Below, piece after piece: positions 11,049 to 20,150 of a stretch of 64,000 bases of DNA; within the stretch, counting starts at the first letter, position 1; every line of letters starts with the position of its first letter. The position numbers and the translations under genes are program-made. The notes under the pieces are model-generated. The model did not search any database. It was not told where the DNA came from and was given only the letters and a program-made list of their open reading frames with translations. Origin of the DNA: Candidatus Spongiihabitans sp. (GTDB taxonomy: Bacteria; Pseudomonadota; Gammaproteobacteria; Arenicellales; Poriferihabitantaceae); NCBI GenBank assembly GCA_965206355.1, contig OZ242212.1, forward strand, positions 2,096,271 to 2,160,270, given 5' to 3'.

Positions 11049-11431
11049 TCAGGCAACCGCGCGGACAACAATGGCTCCCTTGAGACCAGTCACCAGACCT
11101 TCCACCCCAGCCATACGTTGGTTCAAACCGTGCTGGGCTTCACGTAAAGCATGAATTTCTTCTTTTAATTCGATACGCAGGTTCCGGATATTCTCTTTTA
11201 ACTCAATGAGACCTTTGCACGAAAGCCATTTCACCTCCATGCTGTGTTAAAATCGTACTCAATCGGTCATTTATAAGCATAAACTCCCTCATTGCGTGCG
11301 TTTTTGCCTTGCCTGAAAGCGAAATCATCTTCCGTGCAAAGGTCTCCAATACGCAAATCCTGCACTTCAACACGCACATCCTTAATCTCACTACGCATTT
11401 CCCGTATTTCTCCTCGCAACTCCAGCCGCAC
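11049..11431 (-). pseudogene. small coiled-coil ORF interrupted by MITE copy 2
   Basis: Removing 11208-11346 plus one CAAT joins ...EIREMRSEIKDVRVEVQDLRI to ELKENIRNLRIELKEEIHALREAQ...VVRAVA* in frame. Putative GTG start at 11431. Confidence 0.45.
11208..11346 (-). mobile_element. MITE copy 2 (139 bp)
   Basis: Canonical termini; flanked by CAAT/CAAT. Confidence 0.9.
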
Positions 11432-11649
11432 TGCGACTCATCGTCCATGTGGCAACGAGGATGGTGCCAGTCATACCGATAATGGTGAGAATTTCAGGCA
11501 AAATGGGTGTTTGCAGATTGGACAGGGGTTGCAGTATAGCGTATTTCGCCGTTCAGGATGCCTATTTTCTGCGCCTGTTTTTAGCGCGCTACTTGCGACA
11601 GGCTTCTCTGAGCGGCGGGCCCAGCGAATTACGCTATCCCGCCTTGTCT

Positions 11650-13218
11650 TTAGTCATACACCACTCTGAAGCCGATGCTGTTGGAGCGGTGATTGAGGGG
11701 AACCGGTCGCCCGAATATACTGCGGGCAGTAGTTTTTCCCGGCAACAGCCAGTTGCCACCCTGCACCCAGGCGGCGTAATCACCTTGTTCGGCGGTGATA
11801 GAGCGCGTCCATTCCGAGACATTACCCGCCAAATCATAGACCCCGCTGGCACTACGGTCGTGTCCCATAGTAGCGCATTGGCGTACTCCAGGCTCTGTTT
11901 GATCGCCGGTGGCAGCATGGTCTTTGACATAAACATCGCCCCAGGGGTAGGAATAGGCATCCGCACCGGCTGCCAACAGTTGCCATTCCTCAACTTCGGG
12001 CAAGCGTCCACCGGCCCAGCGGGCGAATGCATCTGCTGCCCACCAGTTGATTCCGCTCACCGGTAATTGCGGTTGTTGCAATTGCTGTTGCCAGTTTTGT
12101 GGGGTGTAGTCTTGCCAGCGTGGTTCGTGTTCATTGGCAAACAGACCGAGACGTACCAACGGGTGCCGTAAAAATGAGCGATATTCACTGCGGCTGACTT
12201 CACAACGGCTCACTTCCACACGCCACACTCCCTGTTTTTGACGAATGAGATTGCGTGCTTTGCGTTGCTGTGCTACGGGCAATAACAGCGCAACCCGAGC
12301 CAGTCGTAAATCTGCCGGCACACCGAGCGCATAATCGCCGCCAGCAATCTCTACCGTTTTCGGCATCGCTCCCCACGGCAGAGTCGCTGCTGGTGGCTGT
12401 GAATAGACACAACGAAAACCCAGATGGTGGCTACGTGTTTGTGGCTTGATATTTAGCCAGCCAGCAGACAGTGCATACAAGGCGCGTCCGTGTGACCGCA
12501 CTGCCGGAGCACCATGCGCTCCTGTCTGTCGTCGTAGAGAATGTGTGTCGCGCTGACCGCGACTCCATTCCATGACATTAGCGGCTAAATCGTGTACCCC
12601 TTGCGGCGTTGCTGTTGCTGGATGCAGCGCACACGATTGTGCCGCATTGCGGTGGGCACTTTGATAGGGCCAAGGGCTGTCATCAAAGCTATCGCCCCAC
12701 GGATATAAACGCCCCTCAACGCCAACTGCCATCGCTTCCCACTCCTCCGCCCAAGGCAGGCGACCACCCGCCGCTTCGCAATAGGCAGCGGCAGCGTGGT
12801 AGTTCACTCCGCTCGCTGGCGACTCCAGCAATCCGGCAATCCGATGACCGCTGGATGAACTGTACAATGCCGCCGCATCGGCTATGTTATTCTGCTCGCG
12901 CTGTCGCCAGCGTGCGAAGCGTTCAAAGTCAAGCTGTCGCACCTCGCAGCTATCTGCCCGAAACGAATCAATATGTGTCGTATAGGGCGGTCGATGCAGA
13001 CGTTGCCGCAACTCACTACTGAAATGCCCGCGCTCCAGAGCCTCAAGCAGAAACCGGTCAAATGCCTGCGCACGGCGACTATGCGATGTCGCAAAACCGA
13101 GTTCCACGGCGACGCTGTTGTCGCGCAATCCGCGCACACTGAATTGAGTCAGCAATAACAGCAACAGCAACAACACAGCAAGCGCAAATACGGTAATACG
13201 ATATTGTTTCCGCTTCAT
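11650..13218 (-). CDS. exported protein with two FGE-sulfatase (SUMF1-like) domains
   Basis: N-terminal hydrophobic signal/anchor (poly-Leu). Two repeats of the pattern RLP..EEWE...YPWGD...V(H/Y)DLAGNV.EW(S/T)R...GFR(C/V)VY. Confidence 0.8.
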   Translation of the reverse strand: MKRKQYRITVFALAVLLLLLLLLTQFSVRGLRDNSVAVELGFATSHSRRAQAFDRFLLEALERGHFSSELRQRLHRPPYTTHIDSFRADSCEVRQLDFERFARWRQREQNNIADAAALYSSSSGHRIAGLLESPASGVNYHAAAAYCEAAGGRLPWAEEWEAMAVGVEGRLYPWGDSFDDSPWPYQSAHRNAAQSCALHPATATPQGVHDLAANVMEWSRGQRDTHSLRRQTGAHGAPAVRSHGRALYALSAGWLNIKPQTRSHHLGFRCVYSQPPAATLPWGAMPKTVEIAGGDYALGVPADLRLARVALLLPVAQQRKARNLIRQKQGVWRVEVSRCEVSRSEYRSFLRHPLVRLGLFANEHEPRWQDYTPQNWQQQLQQPQLPVSGINWWAADAFARWAGGRLPEVEEWQLLAAGADAYSYPWGDVYVKDHAATGDQTEPGVRQCATMGHDRSASGVYDLAGNVSEWTRSITAEQGDYAAWVQGGNWLLPGKTTARSIFGRPVPLNHRSNSIGFRVVYD

Positions 13219-14966
13219 TACTGTTGCTCGGTGCTAGAAGATTGCCTCGTGCTGACACGTCGTACCAGCAATAAGCAAGCAAGCAGACAGAGCGCCAGCA
13301 TGGCATACAAGGTAACCAGCCAAGCCCGTGTCCCGAACAGTGGCTGACGATGTGCTGTCAATAGCGGGCGACCGTTCAGGCTTGCCCGATTATCCTCAGC
13401 CTGCACCAGCAAACGCCCGTCGGCAGCAACGGCGGCGTAAACAAAACCGATGATGAAATCATCAAACTTAGGGGCTATGTATGCCACTGCCCGCCACCGC
13501 AACTGCTCGGGATGCTGCTGTTGTAATGGCATCAGCAACATCGAATGCCATTCGAGGGGCAAGGCAAGCCCCCGCCAAACATCGGGATAGCTATTCAATC
13601 GCAGCACTGGAGCTGCCGCTTCCGGCAATGTCTGGGCATCGTCTCGCGCCCTCCCCACAGCAACCTGTTGCAAGCGTTTATTCGGTTCAATAATCAGTGC
13701 TGTGTTCGCCTGCTCGCTCAATTCCAACGTGCTGATTTCAAGCTGGCGATCGTGCTGGTCGGCAGAATATGGCTGGATTGCCGTGTTCAGGTCAGGCACA
13801 GGATCTTGTGCCAGATTTTGAAAAACATCCCAGATCAGCGTACTAATCAGTGTCCGTGTTGCTTCATCAAGCCGTGGCAGTGTGGCGAATGCACGACCGA
13901 GAGACTGCTCAAAACTAACCAGATAGTTACTCGGTGATGCCCCCGCATCCAGTATTGCCTGCAACTTGCCGATAAAATCAAACAATACCGTCAACACCTG
14001 TTCTATGCTGGGATCGGGATTGCTCAAACCGAGCGATCGTTCACTATTCGGGCGCAACGATTCCGGAGAGGAAAGCCGAAAACGCAGACCCTTATTTGCT
14101 GTTGTGCCGAGCGACTGCTGAGACGATGACAAGCTACGTCCGGGACGGGCATTAGGAAAACTGGCAGCCAAGCCATCATTATCACCTAAGTTGCCGTCTG
14201 CAAACGAGCTAAAACCTGTTCCGCCCGGCAACGGTCCAAGGGTAGCCGCGCCCGGAAACGGGTTGGAGTCTGTTGCCACCTGCTCATCTGCACCGCTAGC
14301 AAACTCCGCTGGTGGCCAGGTCGCCTCACCATCGCCACCACCTTGCGCCAGAGTCGGCAGGGTCGGTGTTGTTGTCGCACCTGTCCCGCCCGTACCACAA
14401 TCCTGAGCGGCAACGCCGGCTGGGCAATGACCTACCTGATCCAGCCCCAGCCCACCAGAGAGAAAATGCCAATGGCGCACCGAGATACCATGATCGCGTA
14501 AAATTGACATCACCAGATAGAATTGAGCAATGTCATATACGTCAGCGCGCAGGCGTAATTTGCGCTCCTCGTCAAAACCAGTCAGCCAGTCATCCATCGT
14601 ATTCGGCTTGCGCAACAACTGTTCACGGCTCCAAATTGTGCCACTGTAAAACTCGCGCACGAAACCACGATGGAATTCAAGAATCGGCAATATCTGGGGA
14701 TCATACTGCTGATCAAGGGGTGATGCGCGGTAATCGTGCAACCGTGCTGGTGGGCTGGCTGCCAGACTGTTCAGCACCAGCGACGTGCTGAAGCGGCGAC
14801 TCATCATCGTTTCCACTTCCTCCACCTGCGAGGCGGTACGTTGTTCACGTTCGCCACGCGCAGAAATGCTGAGGACGATAACGATAATCAGCATCGCCAG
14901 ACCGTTAGCGAGGATATCCACCAACGCCGTGCCCGCGAAATCAGGCATTTTCATCCCCCGTGTCAT
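13218..14966 (-). CDS. 582-aa envelope protein with ExbD/TolR-like Asp-containing N-terminal TM segment
   Basis: FAGTALVDILANGLAMLIIVIVL anchor, central Gly/Thr/Pro low-complexity linker, second hydrophobic segment at the C-terminus. Start overlaps the upstream stop (14963-14966); stop overlaps the downstream start (13218). Confidence 0.65.
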   Translation of the reverse strand: MTRGMKMPDFAGTALVDILANGLAMLIIVIVLSISARGEREQRTASQVEEVETMMSRRFSTSLVLNSLAASPPARLHDYRASPLDQQYDPQILPILEFHRGFVREFYSGTIWSREQLLRKPNTMDDWLTGFDEERKLRLRADVYDIAQFYLVMSILRDHGISVRHWHFLSGGLGLDQVGHCPAGVAAQDCGTGGTGATTTPTLPTLAQGGGDGEATWPPAEFASGADEQVATDSNPFPGAATLGPLPGGTGFSSFADGNLGDNDGLAASFPNARPGRSLSSSQQSLGTTANKGLRFRLSSPESLRPNSERSLGLSNPDPSIEQVLTVLFDFIGKLQAILDAGASPSNYLVSFEQSLGRAFATLPRLDEATRTLISTLIWDVFQNLAQDPVPDLNTAIQPYSADQHDRQLEISTLELSEQANTALIIEPNKRLQQVAVGRARDDAQTLPEAAAPVLRLNSYPDVWRGLALPLEWHSMLLMPLQQQHPEQLRWRAVAYIAPKFDDFIIGFVYAAVAADGRLLVQAEDNRASLNGRPLLTAHRQPLFGTRAWLVTLYAMLALCLLACLLLVRRVSTRQSSSTEQQ

Positions 14967-15514
14967 GGTGTTTCCCCGGTGTAATCGCGGATGTAGTCGG
15001 GGATGTCGTTTAATGACACCGACTTGAGCAACTCGTTATCGGCGATGACCCAACCGATGGCTAACACCTGTTGAGGCCATAATCGACGTAAACACTCGCG
15101 TGCCCGCGCCATAGTCGGCACACTGCCTTCCAGCATAAAAAACACCAATTGGTTGCCATTATCCTCATAAACACGACGGGCATAATCAACAAAAGCACTG
15201 CCCGCCACACATATCTCAGTCGGGTTGATGCTGACACCGGTTTCAATAATACGCAACTCGTCAGGAAAGGTGATTACCACATAACCGCTGCCACCATCAA
15301 GGCGTTCAATACGGTGCAGACCTTCTTCACTACCACGTTCCAGACGTTCGCGTTGTGCCGCATCGGAATATAAATTGACCACCACCAGAAACACCAACAG
15401 CAAGCCGAATACACCACCGAAAATGGCCATCATTGGCGTGTTATTCTCTTCTTGCAGAGCATCCCCAGAAGCACGTCCAGACACGCTGCGTCCGGGCAGG
15501 ATACGTCTAGGCAT
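14963..15514 (-). CDS. 183-aa single-pass membrane protein (no family recognised)
   Basis: One TM (MMAIFGGVFGLLLVFLVVVNLY) followed by a soluble domain; lies between the MotA/ExbB-like gene and the 582-aa gene. Confidence 0.6.
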   Translation of the reverse strand: MPRRILPGRSVSGRASGDALQEENNTPMMAIFGGVFGLLLVFLVVVNLYSDAAQRERLERGSEEGLHRIERLDGGSGYVVITFPDELRIIETGVSINPTEICVAGSAFVDYARRVYEDNGNQLVFFMLEGSVPTMARARECLRRLWPQQVLAIGWVIADNELLKSVSLNDIPDYIRDYTGETP

Positions 15515-15554
15515 CGGGTTTAAGCATCAGGTTGAGGCATATCGGCTCTGGGCA

Positions 15555-16619
15555 TCAGCCCTGGGCATTTGGCGAGGTCTCTCGCAAACGCCGTTCAAGC
15601 GTGGCGAGCAAGCGTTCTTCGCTACGTTGTACCAGTGCCAACACCAGCATCAGCACCACACTCAGCGACAAGGCAACCAAGGTGGTATCAAAGGCGATAC
15701 CAAGCGGGGCGATGGCCGCATCCAGATCACTCGACAAACTGGCGAGACCAGCATCTGAGGCAATGATGCGGCGGATGCCGTCAGCCGCCAGCGAAATACC
15801 GAGTACAGTGCCGATAAAACCTAAAATAGGGACTGCCCAACTGATATAGCGCGGGATCAACCACGACTCCTCGTGACGACGCCACAGCAGTTGTAGCGAC
15901 ATCTCAATATCGGCAGTTTTTTCGCTCAGCGTATCCAAACTGGCAGAGAAGGGCGAGACCCGCGTATGTCGTTTACTGCGCCAGCCTGCCAGCACCCGCC
16001 GTAAATACCAACCATTCCATGCCTTACCAAACAACAGTAACATCGCCCAGAAAAACAGCAACATGGTCAGTGGTGGAATCACACCGCGTTCCAGAAAACG
16101 CCGTGTCAGTGCTTGCATATCAGCGCCGCTACGCGCCAGTAGCTCCATACCGAGAATCGTGCCCGCACACAAAATCAATGCGGTAATTAGCGATGACAAT
16201 ATGCCCGGACCGTAGAGCAAACGGGCAAGACGCTCAAGACTTTGTTGATGTTCGCCGGAATCCACAGTAACGATCCACAGGTTACAGGCATGCAGTGCGA
16301 GCACGGCGACAAACATCGGCATCATACGCCCAACCCAGGAACTGCTGGCGCCAGAGGCAATGACCTGCCAGGCAGGCACTGCCAGCACCAGTGCCACTGC
16401 CACCAAACCAATGCTACTGAGCACCAGCAAACAGCTGAACAAGGCATGACGACTGCCACAGAATAACTGCGTAGCGATCAGCGCCACGAGTGCAAGCACG
16501 GACGGTATCCCTGCCAGCCACAGCGGCAATTCCAGCACCAATGCCAGATTGATGGCGACCAGTACCAACAGGATGAAATAAAAAAGCAACGACAAACGGC
16601 TAGGCCAGTACACAGTCAT
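15555..16619 (-). CDS. MotA/TolQ/ExbB-type proton-channel family protein with extended N-terminal membrane domain
   Basis: C-terminal PILGFIGTVLGISLAA...APLGIAFDTTLVALSLSVVLMLV matches the MotA_ExbB channel signature; about 6 additional N-terminal TM segments. Confidence 0.75.
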   Translation of the reverse strand: MTVYWPSRLSLLFYFILLVLVAINLALVLELPLWLAGIPSVLALVALIATQLFCGSRHALFSCLLVLSSIGLVAVALVLAVPAWQVIASGASSSWVGRMMPMFVAVLALHACNLWIVTVDSGEHQQSLERLARLLYGPGILSSLITALILCAGTILGMELLARSGADMQALTRRFLERGVIPPLTMLLFFWAMLLLFGKAWNGWYLRRVLAGWRSKRHTRVSPFSASLDTLSEKTADIEMSLQLLWRRHEESWLIPRYISWAVPILGFIGTVLGISLAADGIRRIIASDAGLASLSSDLDAAIAPLGIAFDTTLVALSLSVVLMLVLALVQRSEERLLATLERRLRETSPNAQG

Positions 16620-16931
16620 GAGTAATCTCGAAGTGTTGATATGAATTTATGGACAAGGCAGATTATGCCATTGATGGCAATCAATGCCAAAAGTACACGC
16701 TATCTGCTATGCGCTATGAGCTTCACAGACACTGCTAGCAGAGGTGCCAGCACAATATCCCACACCGCCGCTGACAACAAGCAACGCTTGCACCGACTGA
16801 ATTTTACCTTGTTATGCCGATTAGGGGATACCCTGTTTTAAGGATATATTTTAAGAAACTTCGTGTTCGGCTTGCAATGACGACGTAATTGAGAAAATGA
16901 GGGGTGGGTATGAAGGGCGGCATACAAACCA

Positions 16932-19652
16932 CTAAAAACGCCGTTCAAAAGCAACACGCAGGAACGGACGGGTGGGATTTGCGCTGTGGTGTTGCCGATG
17001 GCGTTCCATGCCGATACGGGTTTCCAGTGTGCCTCCAGCGATGGGCAAATGATATATGGCTTCGACATCCAGCGCACGACCGCTTGGTGCCAAATTAACC
17101 GTATGGTTTTTATAGACAACTTCACGATATTTTGTGCGCCCGACTGGCACACGCAACTTCGCATGACCACGTTCCGCACGCAGTGGTTGCGACAGGCGCA
17201 GACTCAGCCAGTCATCGTGTCGCCATATTGAAGCACGCGTAGCAGCCATGCTGAACGCGCTACTGACGATAGTACTTGCCTCGTGCAATAAAGCAACGTC
17301 AAGGTCGTCAATCTGCGGTCGTGTGCGCCCGAGGTATGCCGATGTCAGCAAACGCCAGTTATCATTTCCCGCCAGTGTCCATGCACCGTTGATGCCCGCA
17401 AATGTGGTCGCCGCATTGGCTTTACCGAATACACCTTTCGGTCGTACACCAAGAAAACCATCGCCCTCGCGCACCGCACCCGCCTGCAACGACAACCCGT
17501 TGCCCCGCAAACGCGCACTGTCCGTGGTAATGCTCAGCAAGACACCAAAACCACGTTCGCCACCTGCTTTTTGCTGATTATCAAACTGTGGTGCGCCGTG
17601 CATCAGTGCAAAGCCAAAACGTTTATGACTGCCACTCGCCCCACTCACCAAGGAGCGCGACCAGCCCACCGTCGGCCCATCACGTACCAAAGACAAATAT
17701 GGTGCAATGAATGCCAACGAGTTATCAACATAAGCGGCTGTGCTTCGGCCCAATCTACCCGACTCTTGCACCGTCTGTCCCGTAGAGGAGCTTACCGAGC
17801 TTGCCGATAAGGGGGGAGATAAACGCGGGTCAAATGACCCGTTATACCATGCAGGCAACGCGCCGCCATGCTGTCCGTAGGAAAACCACCAGCCGTCTGC
17901 AAAAGCAAGCCGTGCATCGCTTATCGCACCACTACTATCTACCGTCAGCGACAAATTTATGTGGTCGCTCATAGTGCTATCAATCTGGCGGAATTGCGCA
18001 TAATTTTGCACGTCTTGTTTATCGAACGATAGCGACAGTTTACGCACACCACGCTCAACGCTTATTTCCTGCGTTGGGCGTACCCAGCTCGCCGCGGATT
18101 GAAAAAATGGCGCACCGAGCGCATCAAAACCAGCAATTTCCATATCCGCCAACGCCTCTGGCAAGGACGCGCCAAACGCCCCGCCGGACAAGGAGATACC
18201 ACTACCGGCAAAGACACGGCTATTGGGGTCGCCGGGCAGGCCGGTCATCATCACGCCGACCGGTGCGGTGGCGGCATCGAGATCCACGAGGCCGTGGCCG
18301 TAGATGTTGGAGTTGGCGTAGATGCTTTCCCGGTTGGCAGTGGCGAGCAGGCGGTCGACTAATTCGTGGTTGCCGAGTTGTCGGCGAAAGTATTGGCGCA
18401 GCAGGGCGAGAGAGCCGCTGACCAGTGGCGCGGCGAAAGAGGTGCCGCCGCCAGCACTACGATATCCGCTGTCATCAATGCTGGAAGCGGCCACAAGGTC
18501 ACTGCCCGGTGCCGCGAAGCAGAACGCCTTGGCGATGCCGCAGTGGTTTGAGTAACTGGCAATCGTGCCGTCCTGGTCCAACGCCACCACAGCGAGGACG
18601 TGGCTTTGCAATTCCGGAAAATACGCACCCATGCCGGCGAATACGTTTGGCGAGTCCTTCCGTGCCGGGCTGCCGTTTGGCAAGCGTTGGCTACCGTTGT
18701 TACCGGCTGACATTACGATGATGGTCTTGTCTGCAGGGGCGACGCCAGCCTGCGCAAGCGTAGCGGCAGAACGCGAAAGTTGGCGTCGCACGGCGGTGCG
18801 GTCGTAGCTTGAAATCACGCCCGACACGCCGAAACTGAAGTTCAACACCGAGGCATCGTTGGCAACGGCGTCGGCGATGAAACCACCAAACCATTGCGGC
18901 CCGGCATAAAACTCGTCGTTCAAGTTGCTTAAGGCGGCCGGCCTATATATTCCGTCTGAGGTGCCCAACCGGATTTCTTTGACATGCAGGGTGGCGTCAA
19001 ACGCCACGCCGTGCATCCCCCGTCCGTCTCTACGCCCGACAGCCAACGCAGAGACCGCCGTGCCGTGGAATTTTTCCGCATCGGTCGGCATATAACCGCT
19101 GTCGGTCGTTTTGGTGACGGTTTTGCCGATGAACTCGTTGTGCGTGTCGCGGATGCCGGTGTCCACCACCATCAATTTTTGCCCGGTACCAGTGGCGCCG
19201 CGCGCGTAGGCAGCCGCAGCGTTAATTCTGGCCAGGTGCGTGTCGGTGCCAAATCCCGAGGGATAAGGGGCATTGTATTCCGAGTTTTCAAAAGAGCGCT
19301 GGCGGGCGGCAAAACCAGCATCGTCGGGGGTGTTGAGCACCGTGGCGGTCGGCGCGGAGCGAGGGGAGGACAGTAGTATAGGTGGCGCGGGTTTCGTGCT
19401 GCCGCCACCACCGCCGCAAGCGGTCAGCAGGAACAGAGTTAGTGCGCCCAGTAGAACAAGTTTAGCTTCGCCAGATACTCTATGTCGGGGGGGGATAGTT
19501 GCAAATCGAACATTGTCAAACCTTGTGGAAATTGCGATTGTAGCAGGTAATACGGTATTTTTTATTGCTTCTTCCCCATTGGTTATTTGACATGGAAAGA
19601 GTGTAATATGCTTGTTCCTGCGCTTCTCAAAGCAACGGCTCAACCAGCGCAT
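16932..19652 (-). CDS. subtilisin-family (S8) serine protease, lipoprotein autotransporter
   Basis: Triad motifs VVDTGI (Asp), HGTAVS (His), GGTSFAAPLVSG (Ser); lipobox LLTAC; C-terminal beta-barrel-like region ending RVAFERRF. The annotated start overlaps tlpA. The better SD-ATG at 19513 is out of frame with the G8 tract as sequenced. Confidence 0.85.
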   Translation of the reverse strand: MRWLSRCFEKRRNKHITLFPCQITNGEEAIKNTVLPATIAISTRFDNVRFATIPPRHRVSGEAKLVLLGALTLFLLTACGGGGGSTKPAPPILLSSPRSAPTATVLNTPDDAGFAARQRSFENSEYNAPYPSGFGTDTHLARINAAAAYARGATGTGQKLMVVDTGIRDTHNEFIGKTVTKTTDSGYMPTDAEKFHGTAVSALAVGRRDGRGMHGVAFDATLHVKEIRLGTSDGIYRPAALSNLNDEFYAGPQWFGGFIADAVANDASVLNFSFGVSGVISSYDRTAVRRQLSRSAATLAQAGVAPADKTIIVMSAGNNGSQRLPNGSPARKDSPNVFAGMGAYFPELQSHVLAVVALDQDGTIASYSNHCGIAKAFCFAAPGSDLVAASSIDDSGYRSAGGGTSFAAPLVSGSLALLRQYFRRQLGNHELVDRLLATANRESIYANSNIYGHGLVDLDAATAPVGVMMTGLPGDPNSRVFAGSGISLSGGAFGASLPEALADMEIAGFDALGAPFFQSAASWVRPTQEISVERGVRKLSLSFDKQDVQNYAQFRQIDSTMSDHINLSLTVDSSGAISDARLAFADGWWFSYGQHGGALPAWYNGSFDPRLSPPLSASSVSSSTGQTVQESGRLGRSTAAYVDNSLAFIAPYLSLVRDGPTVGWSRSLVSGASGSHKRFGFALMHGAPQFDNQQKAGGERGFGVLLSITTDSARLRGNGLSLQAGAVREGDGFLGVRPKGVFGKANAATTFAGINGAWTLAGNDNWRLLTSAYLGRTRPQIDDLDVALLHEASTIVSSAFSMAATRASIWRHDDWLSLRLSQPLRAERGHAKLRVPVGRTKYREVVYKNHTVNLAPSGRALDVEAIYHLPIAGGTLETRIGMERHRQHHSANPTRPFLRVAFERRF
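19487..19494. repeat. homopolymeric G8 (C8 on coding strand) tract in the 5-prime region of the S8 autotransporter
   Basis: Eight consecutive G counted at 19487-19494, translated as IPPR in the current frame. Confidence 0.95.
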
Positions 19653-20139
19653 TTAATTCCTGCTCCGAGATAATACCCAGTTTTGTTTGCACCAGTGTGC
19701 CGTTACGGTCAAAAATAGCCGTAAACGGTAATGCGCCCGCCAGCTTATTGCCGTGGCTGGCGAGTAACGCGGCGGCATCAGCAACAACCCATAAGGAGGG
19801 ATAGGTGATACCAACTTCATCACCAAACTGGCGTGTCGCTGTCAGCACATCATGCGCTATCCCTACCACCTGCACGCCTTTGGCTTGCATGGTTTGCTGG
19901 TATGCTATGAGCATCGGTATTTCTTTCCGACAGGGCGCACACCAGCTCGCCCAATGATTGACCACCACCACCTTGCCTAGCCATTCCTCGCCTTTTCTTA
20001 GCTTTTTGTTGACATCGGGTAATTGCAGTTCCTGCAAAGTGGATTGGGAACGCTCTGAAGCAAACTGTTGTATGCTGAAATAACCGCCTATAAGGGCGCT
20101 TATCAGAGCAAGCAGGGCAATGGATACAAGTTTTTTCAT
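19627..20139 (-). CDS. periplasmic thiol:disulfide oxidoreductase, TlpA/ResA/DsbE family
   Basis: Signal anchor plus thioredoxin motif WASWCAPCRKE. Confidence 0.85.
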   Translation of the reverse strand: MKKLVSIALLALISALIGGYFSIQQFASERSQSTLQELQLPDVNKKLRKGEEWLGKVVVVNHWASWCAPCRKEIPMLIAYQQTMQAKGVQVVGIAHDVLTATRQFGDEVGITYPSLWVVADAAALLASHGNKLAGALPFTAIFDRNGTLVQTKLGIISEQELNALVEPLL

Positions 20140-20150
20140 TATTTTTCATT

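Noticed and set aside
11449-12066. Long plus-strand ORFs (205, 137, 130, 159 aa etc.) across 11.4-19.6 kb
   Set aside because: They are antisense to well-supported genes with recognisable domains (FGE, MotA/ExbB-like, S8 protease). High local GC suppresses stop codons, and none shows a family signature.
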